From assembly GCA_022605425.2 (NCBI GenBank), contig JAKIMF020000007.1:620001-684000 (forward strand): a DNA stretch of 64,000 nucleotides, in the 5' to 3' direction. The stretch's first letter is position 1. Each line of letters begins with the position of its first letter. This stretch comes from Hamiltosporidium tvaerminnensis FI-OER-3-3 (taxonomy: Eukaryota; Fungi; Microsporidia). The notes beneath the pieces were generated by a model. The model saw only the letters and a list, made by a program, of their open reading frames with translations. It was not told the origin of the DNA and made no database searches. Positions 49,914 through 61,398 of the stretch are shown here, piece after piece. The position numbers and the translations under genes are program-made.

Positions 49914-52008
49914 TTAAGAAACAAAAAATACTTTCTGCAATATTTTATAACTTCATTTTTAGTAATTTTAAAACAAATCATGATTTGATTGTTGAAAATT
50001 TAATCTGCCTATCTTTTTTTAGGTTTGCTAGTTTCATATCCAATATCTACAGACTTATCTATTTTACCCGTGAAAAATGCCATTTTTGATTCTTTTATAG
50101 CTTCAACAAAATTCTAATTTCAATCTAAAGATCTAGGTAGCTCAAATTTTAACTTACAAAATCTTGCGCAATGTAATTATTTTTAAAATTTGTTAAATGC
50201 GTATTGCTGCAATATATTATTGGTTTATTTAAGTTATTTATGACGATTCGGTGATATATAGTGAATATTAGCTTGTAGATGTAAGACAATAAAATTTCCT
50301 CTAATTCAATTCACTCAACTTTTCAATATTCAAATACGGGTAGATAAGAAACGAAATTTTTTTTCTATCATTTACAAACGACGAAATTCGAGCTTCAAAA
50401 AAGTTATGTTGCTTTTTTTAACTTTCTTTTAAGATGGATGCTAAATTTAGATTGGCTATATAAAGTTTTCAATCATTTTTGAAATATAGTCTTTGTGTAA
50501 ATTCTATTCGATATCTAAAATCTGCTTCATAGACAGGTATAACAATTACATTGGCGTAGGCATAAATATTTGCATCCATTTGTACCTTCATTTTTTTCAA
50601 AAAATGTTTGGATGACAAAGCGGAGTATTAATCGTTTAACTTATGTCAATACTAAACAAAAAAGCTTGAGTTATGATTTTAAAGGATATCTTAAGACATT
50701 GATGTAAATTATCTATTTTGTGCCGTCACTTTATCATAGTCATTTGTGTACCTTTAACATGATAGGCCTTCAATATCAATGGATGAATCCGATATGCACT
50801 TTATTCATTAGAAGCTTTAGAAATAGTATATCAAGTTGTTTTATATTAAAAGTATTTTGATATTTAAATGTATAAAAAATTCGATCGGTATTACATCCCC
50901 ATTTTCCAATTGTTTTTTCCTTTTTAGACATTATTACTCCACATTTGATTGTTTCTAGTGTATTTGAATCTTTTCGAAGTTAAAAGGTGATTATGAAAAC
51001 TGCAATTAAATCGGTATCATGATGATTTGGTTTTTAAATCTTAAATGCTCCGATTTAGTTCTATTTTTTCTTCAAAAAATATATTTCGGAATTATTGTCC
51101 CTATTTTAACCTTTTGATCGATCTTCTTGAAAAAAATCGTATCGTCGTTATTACACATACCAAACAACGTTTTTAGAGCCATAAAACACAACTTTGTTGA
51201 TAAGATATTGATCCTTCTAAAACTTCTCCTTGTATTTAAATTTCTGTTTGAATAAACGCAATTTCTATACTTGTGTTTCTTATCCTTCTAAATGAACGGC
51301 GCCTCTTTAAACCTGAGAATATGTTTCTGCACGTTAATGAAAAACTCTTTCGATTTTTTTGCAAATTTGTTCTTCAGTTAAAAAAAATCCAATTTTTTAT
51401 ATCACATACATAGAAATATTTTATATATAAATATCTAGACTGTCCTTGCTTATTTAGTATAATATTTGTGAAGCGAGCCTTTTTATGAAACAGAAACTTG
51501 TATGTCAACACTTGCATGTGAGCGATTTCTCGTTTTAAATATTATGTGCAAAAGTGTCAAAAATCCATAAAAACAGAAAATTTGTGACAAAAGGTAGAAG
51601 TAACTGCAATTCTTCGTTTTCCAAAACCAAATAATGTTTTGATTGTATATACCATTATGGGTTTAATTCAATTGCTCGAATTCCATTTGAATATGTTCAG
51701 TGCTTCACGTTTCTAAATGATGATTTTTTTAATCACTATCATCATACAAATTTAGGTTGTATGGAAATGGATTGGTATCCATCTTTACTTTTGGTAATAT
51801 TTTAATTAGAAAAATATCTGTTGAGTGTGTCGCTCAGTGATTTAAAATGATTGTGTAATAACCGGCATAATTGTATTTCTTCATTTTTTTAAAATTTTAA
51901 CAAGAAAACAAATCTTTAAGAGGTTTTAATTCAAACTAGATTATAAATTTCTAATTTTCGAATGAATAAAATTTATTTTTATTTAACTATTATATTTGTA
52001 CTGAATTT

Positions 52009-52734
52009 GTGGAGGGAGGATAACCACATAAAAAACTTTCTGCTTGGCAATGAGTGTATGAAACTGGTGTGAGATCATTGTTTGGATTTTTGGTGGGAAT
52101 AAAACCACACTGCATCTTCGGTTGTTCCATGGGAGTTTGTATGAGGAGGAGAGGTCTAAGAAATGGAGAAACTTTTCCTACAAATTTATTTGTAGTTTTT
52201 TATGTAACCAGATTGCAGACCGCAGCTCAACATGTAGGTAATTGCCATGTAAAAGCATGGAAACCTAGCCTTGCTCACTCGGGTTAGAAGACTTAGCGCC
52301 TGGGAGATATAAAACAAAAAACCATTAAAAGCCGGGAGAGCTAAGTAGCAGGTTATACCTGTTGGTATGACATTGCACTGTCTAGGTGGACCCCATGTAA
52401 TTCTCTGAAATATATCTTAGCTAGAAGTTTATTGGGTTCAGAAAGTGTAGAGTAAGTGGGAATGCTGCATAGTCTTGGGGGAGCCCAGGGGGGGCTTCGG
52501 CCTTCGATCACACTCCATGCAACGGACATTAAGAACTCCGGGCAACCCTCGCCTAGTAATTAGGTTCTACACACCTGGTAGATGAAAGGCTTTGGGACGT
52601 AGGTATCGCAGGGGTTACTGATGGAGTTTTGGGGTAGCAGTTATTTATGTTAAACCTAAAACTGCGTTAATGTCATGAAAACAAATATAACACTTGCCAC
52701 TATTTTAAAAAGATGTGATACTTTTAAATAAAGT
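52009..52734 (+). mobile_element. ~730-bp retroposon, full-length copy C
   Basis: Reverse complement of copies A and B with the same termini. Confidence 0.88.
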
Positions 52735-54839
52735 TCTTTAAATTGTACAAAAAATGGCCGGTTTTTTAAGCAATAAATATATATCCTAAGGAGCTAGTAT
52801 TAAAATGATTTTCTTAGTCTCAAAATCTTTTACTCAATCACAGTTTCAACTAGTCAGTAACTAAACAATTTTTTAACATAATTCGAATCCAGCTACGTAT
52901 GCGTCTTTTGAAGCACCATCTTATTCTGGTATGATATAAAAGCAGCGATAGGTAGCGCCAAAAACGTTATAAAAGACACGAAAAATGAAAATGATAAGAC
53001 ACACCTTAACAGATATATTTTAATACGTTCATTGCTGTAATTTAGGTATCCTATAAAGTTTCTAGCAAAAATATGAAGCAATTACAAAGCGATGCAACAC
53101 ACAATGTATTATTTTGACTTTCAATAATTCTCGTTTCATGTGTGAAAGAAACCTAGATTTTAATCTATCCTCGCCAAAGCCAAATCCAAAAATATTGATT
53201 CAATTTCATTATATAGTATGTGATACTTAAAAAAATTGATCGATTGAAAAGAACAATTCTTGAAAGTAAGCCTCAGTGTCTCCAAAATAAAAATCAATCT
53301 ATAGTTTCTTCTTATTTAAATATCCACAGATACCCAAAGCCGGCTCAAATTATCGGCATCAGCTGGCACATCTAATTATACTTATACTTTAATAGACTTG
53401 CTTTTATGCCTTCTATTATCCGCAGTAAAATATCTTTACTGAGATCTTTAATACGTGAGCGAATTAATCCTTCGATAACGAACTCTGCTGAGTTTTTTTG
53501 AGTGTTTTGGAATTTCATACTGTTTTTGCAATTATCAATGCGCAGAACCATATTAATTTTTACGCGATTAAGTGTGTTTTTTTCATTTGCACACAGATAT
53601 ACCAGTTGATAGAATACTTCTAATAAGAACTTCGAAATTAAACCCACACAGCGATTAAAAGTAAAACCGGGTTCGAATCGAACAGTTTCTACTTTAAGCC
53701 GTTGATTCTATGCTACCTTAACGGCCATGCAGATTTTTAAAATACTCTTCTAACTTTGATGGTTTTTGATTGCAGTTTGAAAATTTCTTAGATGTTAAAA
53801 TGCCTTGAGTTCGTTCCTTATCCTTTTTCAGTTTGTGGGAATCCATCTGCAGCATGTTTTTAGTTCCATTGGCGTCTTTTTGACATATCTACGTCCCCTA
53901 TAATTACTTCAATTATTTGCTTGCTATCTTATTTTATTCCTGTTTTATCTTTCAGTTTCAAGGATGAACAGCCGAAAAATTTCCAATTACTTCTTTTAAT
54001 CTGCTGTAACTTGCCATCATAGGGGGATCATCCTATGAATGCAATGCGCGATATCTTCCATTAAAATGCCAACAATAATTATACACACTCATCGACAACC
54101 AGATAAGTTTTTAATTTGGTTATCTTCTCTCTACTTAAAAATATTTAGAAATAACATAAAAAATAGGTATCAAAATATTATTTGCAAATAATGGGGAAAT
54201 TAATTGCTTTTGAACTGTCAATATATTTCTTAGCATTATTCCTAGACAAATTAAACATGTATAAGATATAGGTATTGTTCACAATCACTTGTTTAAATGC
54301 GTACACGTATTCGTCTCGATGAGATTTTCTGACTAAAACCGAAGGCGCGCAATAGTAGAATCAGACAGAGAGGAAGAAAAAGGTTGTTCTCGTCGCGAAC
54401 ATGAACAGCTTGTTTCACTGATACTCACCTGAGTAAAAATACGATATACAATATATGTGGTCGGTGTTCTAAGGTGGAACAAAGAAAAATCCTATTCGTT
54501 TACTTTTTGTGCTTTATTCTTAGTCGCAACGCATTTGAATTTTGTTAAAAAAACCCCACAATCATAGCTTCTAGTTGAGATTAAGCTTTTGCAGAGGCGC
54601 TTTCCATCTCTGCTTAAGAATGACTTCTCTGGGTATACCTCTAATTACCAATTCAATTTTATGTAAGAGCTTTTAAATAGCATATTTATTCCAAAAACAA
54701 TAATCAAGCATATTTCGCAATCTCTATAAATTGCATGACCAGATGAACTATCTATATTCTGAATTCAATGTATAATACATCATCCTATGCTATATAAATT
54801 TTTAATCATGATCATTAGTATTTCATTTTGGGAACTTGG

Positions 54840-55075
54840 TATCATCATCCTCCTTGACACTACACCCCTGCACGGATCTTGGCCGCACTCAGTAATTCCG
54901 CCTACCGGTCTTTTTCCACTGGGTTTGTTTACCTATTCGGGTTTTGTAACGAGGTGGTTTTTAAGAAATGGTGTTTAGCCCTAGGCTCAGCCTATACCTA
55001 ACGAACCAGACACCTTTGGTCACCTCTTACGACAAGCAGAGAATACTCCAAGCCGATTCTGCACCTGGCATAGTG
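54840..55075 (-). mobile_element. Short internally deleted RTE-derived element
   Basis: The minus strand has an RTE-type 5' motif (gcagaat...tctgcttgtcgtaagaggtgac) joined to an RTE-type 3' end (ggccaagatcc...gtgtagtgtc) with a (gat)n tail. Confidence 0.6.
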
Positions 55076-55612
55076 AATCACCTAGGAAAATGGATATAAA
55101 ACCATACTTTTAAAAACCAGATATTCTTAATGTAATCCATTTATACTACAAAAAGCTTTATTTGTTTTTTTGCTGAAAATTCGTATTTTGTGTTTAAATA
55201 AAGGTACCAAGGAAGTACATATGGTTTTATGATGTAAAAAAAGCATCGAATATTTTAATACATGACTGATAAATCCATATATTTAATAATAGGTAATATA
55301 AGCTTATTGTATAATCGTGGTTAGTTATCCTCTCTGTTTGTACGACTTGAAATACCTAAAACATAGTCATTTAATATTTTTTTTCATCTTTTGATATCGA
55401 AAAGTTATTTATAAATGCTTCAATAGATCACTCTTTTAAGATTTGCCGTAACTTAGTTGGTGGGTTTTCTTTTGTTTAAAATAGAATACTTATATCCTTT
55501 TATTTTATGAAAAACGTGGGTTTTTATGATTATTTCCATACGCACAGCTTTAATAATAAATTATGAGCCATATGCACAAAAATTTAAATATTCCTATTTT
55601 TCTTAAGATCAG

Positions 55613-56338
55613 GGTGCAGCCAGATAACCAGATAAAAAACTTTCTGCTTGTCAATGAATAGGTATAATAATGTATGAAATCATTGTTTGAATTTTTCGTT
55701 GAAATAAAAACACATTACCTTTTCAGTTGTTCCACGCGAGTTTTTATAAGGAAGAGGAAATCTAGGAAATGGCAAAACTTTATATAAAATATATTTTGTA
55801 GCTTTTTGTGTAACTAAATCGAAGACAGCAGCTAAAATTGTATCCGATTGCTATGTAAAAGCATCGAAATTAGCCTTGCTCACTCGGGTTAGAAGACTTT
55901 GCGCCTGAGAGATATAGAAAATAAAAACATGAAAACAAGGAGAGCTAAGTAGCGGGTTATACCTGTTAATATTACATTTCACTTCCGGTTGAAACTGATG
56001 TAGGTCACTGAAACAAATCTTAGTTAGAAGTTTATGTGGGTCGGTAAGTGTAGAGTAAGTTGGAATACTGTATAGTTTTCGGGGAAACTAGGATGGGCTT
56101 TAGCCTTCGATCACACTCCATGCAAAGAACATAAAGGAAATCCAGGCAACTACTTCGCCTATTAAATAGGTTCTGCTCAAATTTTAGATGAAAGTATTTG
56201 AAACTTAGGTATCGCGAGAAGCAACAATAAAGTATTAGGATTGCAGTTATTTATGTTAAACCTAGAACAAGTTAATGTCATGAAATCGATATAACATTAG
56301 CTACTGTTATAAAAAGATGTGATATTTTTTAAATAAAA
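55613..56338 (+). mobile_element. Diverged full-length copy E of the 730-bp retroposon
   Basis: Colinear end to end with copy C (aaaaactttctgcttg, tagccttgctcactcgggttagaagactt, gccttcgatcacactccatgcaa, aaaagatgtgata). Confidence 0.85.
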
Positions 56339-58221
56339 TCTTAAACTTAGAAATCGACTTATCTTTGCTTGTTGCTTGAAAATAAGATATCTGATGCTTT
56401 ATTTTGATTTGAGATTTTCTTTCAACAGTATACTAAATAGAAACCAACATTTCTAAGGTTACCAGATATTCCGTTCTAGAAATTTATTCAACCTATTATT
56501 CACATAAAAATTTTATATGCCCTATACATTCTTTTCAAATCTTCTTACCAGAAACTCTTTAGTTTTTAAAAACAAATTTCTAACGATTACATAAAAGCAA
56601 TATAAATCAAGAAATATAATTCAAGTAGCAGTTAATTATTCTATTCAATTTTCGTAGTCTTATGTTTCAAACGCACCATCAGATCATATATAATATAATA
56701 GTTTTTTTATACATTTTAAATTCGTTGCTAGCCTTTTAAGGCCTATTACATGAGCTTTTTTATACAGCAAATATCTAAGAAAAAGAAATTTCCTTTTACA
56801 AGCTTTTATCAATGTTTGATTTTGAAACCATTGTAAGGCTTACATAAAGATTAGGGTAAAAATTTTTATGTCTTACAACATTTTGTGTTTCATGCTAGAG
56901 AATGAAAGCCGATCAATTTTTAAGCCTCCATAATATTCAAAACCCATGAAGATGGCATATTTATTTTATTTTTCTATCTTCGAAGCATATATTTTAACCA
57001 TAAATCAGACATTATATACGTTTCTATAGTCTATTCATCTAATATATAATTCTTTGTTGCACAAATTATGGTACGTTGGGTTTTAATGCGTAACTTCATT
57101 TCTTTTGAAAATTACTTTACCTGGGAAATTAAAGTTTGATTTCGAATTTTTCTTTTATCTAATTCTAATATTTATTTTTTTAAAAAAACTTGTAAAAATT
57201 AATTAATTATTTTAACCGTTGTATAATTATGGTTGGAAATTCAGAAAAAGCAACTAAAATACTTAAAAGCGGAAAAATACCAAATAAACCTGGTTTGTTT
57301 CCTAAAATTGACCAGAAATATATGGCACAAACAACATCTTACAAAAATAATTCTAAAAAGTTTCTAGATATCAACGAAAACTGTTTTTTAAATTCCAATA
57401 AAAAAATCCCAAATTTATGCTTTTTTTTACCTTCTTGAAGCTTTTTCTTTGATTACTATAATAACATTAATGACAATTAATTATATTTATTTGAAATATA
57501 TATGTATTTTTTATCAATGTTGTGTTGAAATGTTTATACTGGTAAGTGTAATATTAATGAAATATAGTGATAAGAATAGAAAACTATATATTCGAGCTAA
57601 TATTTTTATATTTTTTCTTATTTGTTTTTCAAATATTCATTTCTTGATAAAACTTAATAATAAAGACAAATTTACTCTTATTTTATTTTTTTATTTAAAT
57701 ATTCTATTTTTTTATTAATCATAGCTTGTTTATATTATTTTTAATTCCCTTTTCTTTAGTAAATTTAAATGTTCTGATTTATGTAAAACATAGTTTAAAT
57801 CCAAACATTTTGTAAAAATTCATGTTTTGAACAGTTTAGCGGATTAAATAAAATTAAGAAAAGTAAATTTTAATCAAAAATTAGAAAATTTCTTGAATTT
57901 TTCAGAGACAAGAAAATATAAGGTTGTTGTAAAGTCCTTGATAAAAACAAATGAGTGCTTTTCTCTAAAATATGATGGCATTCCATCTTTGCTTTTTTAT
58001 GGTATTATCATCCTAATTATGTAACTAGTTTAGCAAATATTTGTTTATATCTTTGTTCACTTGAACCACAATATATATTTATGAAAACTGTCAAACTAGT
58101 TTTTGGGAAACTTCAATCAATTCAAACTTGGAAATTAGATGAATCAGCATAGTATTACACAAAATTTGTCAATTATTAATACAAAATATGTTTATAATAC
58201 TAATAAACCATTACATGGTAA

Positions 58222-60163
58222 AAGAACGATAAAAACATTGAAAACAATTTGCTTGGCAATGGGAATGCACAACTGATGCGAAAATCCTTGTTTGAATTTT
58301 GAAAAGATGAAAACAACACTATGTTTTTGGCTATTTCCTGTGAATAGCTAGAATACCAATAAGGTCTACAAAATGTTAAAATTTTTATAAATTTAGTTAG
58401 TGTTTTTTATGTATTGGGAATTATCATTGTGGATTCAGAAGAAACCGATCAACAAACGATCAAATCTTTGCTATGAGAATGATGCTTGAAAAATGCTATG
58501 AATACAAAATCACAACACATCATCTTTTTGTAGACTACAAGCAAGCATTTAACAGCATTCGTCGAGAATTTTTGTTAGCACACTCAGAAATTTTCAAATT
58601 CCTATGAAAATTATTTGTTTAATCAAAATGACTCTGATACAAACAAAAGGAAAGATATTTTTAACTGATAAGATGTCCAGTGATTTTAGCATAAATATGG
58701 GACTAATATAAGGGGATATATTATCTTGCGGACTGTTTAATCTAACACTAGAGGGAATAATCAGAAAGTTAGCGAAGCAGACTGATAGTACAATATTTAA
58801 TGGAATTACACAATACATAGCATATGCAGATAATTTAGCCATCGTGGGAAGAAAACAAGAAGATATAGGATTCACTTTAAGAATATTAGCACCGAAATCA
58901 GGAAAATCAGGACTGAAAATGAATGAAAGTAAAACAAAATATATGATCAGCTCCCAGTAATGAATATTCGAGGAACTCTTTAAAATTGATTCATATATAT
59001 TTGAAAGAGGATCAAACTTCAAATACCCGGGATCCCTTTTAAACGAGAATAACAGAAATTCTCTTTAGATTAAGGAAAAAATAAAAGCAGGCAACATGAC
59101 CTACATACATTTCTCTGCAACGCTTTCTGAAGTCAAACATGTTAAATCGAAATACATAAAGGAAATACATAGGACAGTTATTAGATCTGTTGTACTGTGG
59201 CCTCGGAAACACTGGTGGGGACAAAAAGAGATGAGGCACTCCTTGAAATACGGGAAAGAAAGATACTTAGAAGAATATACAGTCAAATATTTAAATAACA
59301 AGTGGAGGATTAGAACAATCTAGAAGTCTACGAGCTTTATGAAAAACAAATTTGGTCAGTATTATGAAGCAGAGAAGACTTGGATGGTTAGGATACGTAT
59401 AAAGAATTCCGAAGGAGAGAACTTTTAGCCGAATTCTTAGATCTGCACCTGAGGGCAAAAGAAGACGAAATAGACCGAAAAAAGGATGGCTAGACGAGGT
59501 AGAAAAATATGTTAGGAAACTTAATGTATTGCAATGGGAAGGAAAACTTGGTGCACAATAGAGAAGAATGGAGGAGAATCGTTAAGAAGGCCTGAACTCT
59601 ACAGGGTTGTGGCGCCAGAGATTTAGTTAGTTGGTTTTTTATGTAACAATTTTAAATATTGGACCGAATGTTAGGTAATTACCATTTGAAATCATGAAAA
59701 TCAACCTTCGCCACCTTTGGTAGAAGACTTGGCGCCTGTGTGATACAAAAAAACATGTCTTTTAAACTGCAAATATAACTAAAATAAAAGAAATACCTAC
59801 TAAAAAGGCATTTAAAGTCTGAATGCTTGAATTTAAGAACCAATATTTATATAATCCGTTTTAAATTTAGTTGAAAACAGTTGATCAAGTGAAAAGGCCG
59901 CTAATATCGATCGTGCCTATAAGTGGGTTTATCTCTTCTATAAAATCCCAGGTAACGTACATTAACCAATCTCGTACAATTCATTTCATTAAAATAGCTT
60001 CCAAACATCTTTTAGATGGGAAGATTTGAATGTAGGTATTGTAGAAGTACCGATGTTCTATTGAAGAGCAGTTTTCGATTTTCAATTCAAACTACGATAA
60101 TTTCATGAAAGCAGTATTAAATATGCCACTGTTGTAAAAACATGTTATATCTTTCAAATAAAA
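58222..60163 (+). mobile_element. Ancient copy G of the 730-bp retroposon, split by an RTE insertion
   Basis: The 5' part is at ~58222-58413 (tgcttggcaatg) and the remainder at ~59621-60163 (taggtaattacc, tagaagacttggcgcctg, tgccactgttgtaaaaa, aaataaaa). Confidence 0.65.
58414..59620 (+). mobile_element. 5'-truncated, degraded RTE-clade LINE (RT domain and 3' end)
   Basis: Reads GNYHCGFRRNRSTNDQIF...LFVDYKQAFNSI, GDILSCGLFNL and AYADNLAI. The 3' end is ggcctgaactctacagggttgtggcgcc. A ~23-bp near-duplication atttagttagt..ttttttatgta lies at 58391-58413 and 59621-59645. Confidence 0.88.
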
Positions 60164-60645
60164 ACCTTTGTTCTATTTAAATAGAATTCATAATTAAACT
60201 TTGAAAATTATTTTTTTAAATCTTTATTTTGATTTTACAACCGAAAACAGTTCTTGGATTTATTAAATATACGTTTTAAAAATTCATTCAGCTATTAATT
60301 TGTTATTTTAGTAGTTAAATATAATTCATTTAAATTTGTTTGTTTCATAAAATATAAATTTATTGGTTTCTTCATTTTAATACGAAAATTTTAATAAATT
60401 TTTTTTTAATATTTACAAATTTACTTAAAAAAAGCTTTTGTAATGAACATATCGAATATGATTACCATTATTATGTTATAATTTTATACTAAAATTTATA
60501 CTAAAAATAAAATTCGAATTAATTATAAAAAATTTGATTACCCGTTTACAAACTATTAATATAAATTCTTATTGACTTTTCATAATATCTTTAATATATT
60601 TATTGATTTAACCATCTATATTGTATATTCATAATCAACCCTTGA

Positions 60646-60795
60646 ATGACTTCACCTGCTTCTAGAAGTATTAAAGAAGATAAAGATCATTTACATTTAA
60701 TAGAATTTGTAGATAATCAAGAAATAAATTGGATGTTTGATGAGATAATAAATTTATTTGTAGAAGATGAAATTCGAGAAAATATAGATGAATAA
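60646..60795 (+). CDS. Candidate 49-aa acidic micro-protein
   Basis: Context aacccttgaATG; translation MTSPASRSIKEDKDHLHLIEFVDNQEINWMFDEIINLFVEDEIRENIDE*. Confidence 0.55.
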   Translation: MTSPASRSIKEDKDHLHLIEFVDNQEINWMFDEIINLFVEDEIRENIDE

Positions 60796-61398
60796 GAAAT
60801 TTATAAATTGTATTTTTAAATATAAAATTCCTATTATTTTATTTTTTAGTTCAAAGCTATTAAATAAATATTTTCTTATTTATAGGTAATTTTATTTTAT
60901 TTTATTGTTTTTTAATTTTTGGAAATTTTAGGCAAAGTAAGAAAATTCTAAAGTCACAACAAGTAATCTTAAAGTTAATTACTCCTTAAGAGTGAGAATG
61001 CATTTATACTTCGATCATAAAATATTAAAAAACGTTTGATCTTAATATTTCATTCTAATTTAAACTTATGATATATTGTTAGGTTTAATGAATGAACAAG
61101 GAAAATAACTTAACCATTTCATTATTAATTGATTTAGTTTGGAAAATTTTGAATCATAAAATATAAAAATGAGAAATCACTTTTAATTTAATTCTCTATT
61201 ATACTGAATTACTATGATGGATAAAAATATGTTAAAAATCTCTATTATACGAATTATTATGGTGGATAAAAATATTTTAAAAATATATTTTGGTTGAATT
61301 TAATAGTAGAAATGGTTAGAAATTTTTGTAAAAAATCGCAAAATATTTTTTTAAAAAAAACTGTTTGAATAAAAAAAATGAACCAAAAAAACACCCAT

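Noticed and set aside
52560-52660. Hammerhead ribozyme core in the retroposon (ctgatgg, gaaa)
   Set aside because: CUGAUGA is not exact, the position varies between copies (ctgatgg versus ccgatgg), and I could not build the three stems.
50000-54100. Coding-like decayed sequence on the minus strand (including ORFs 52893-53081 and 53372-53647)
   Set aside because: Probably pseudogene or TE relics, but no family motif could be recognised by eye; a translated search is needed.
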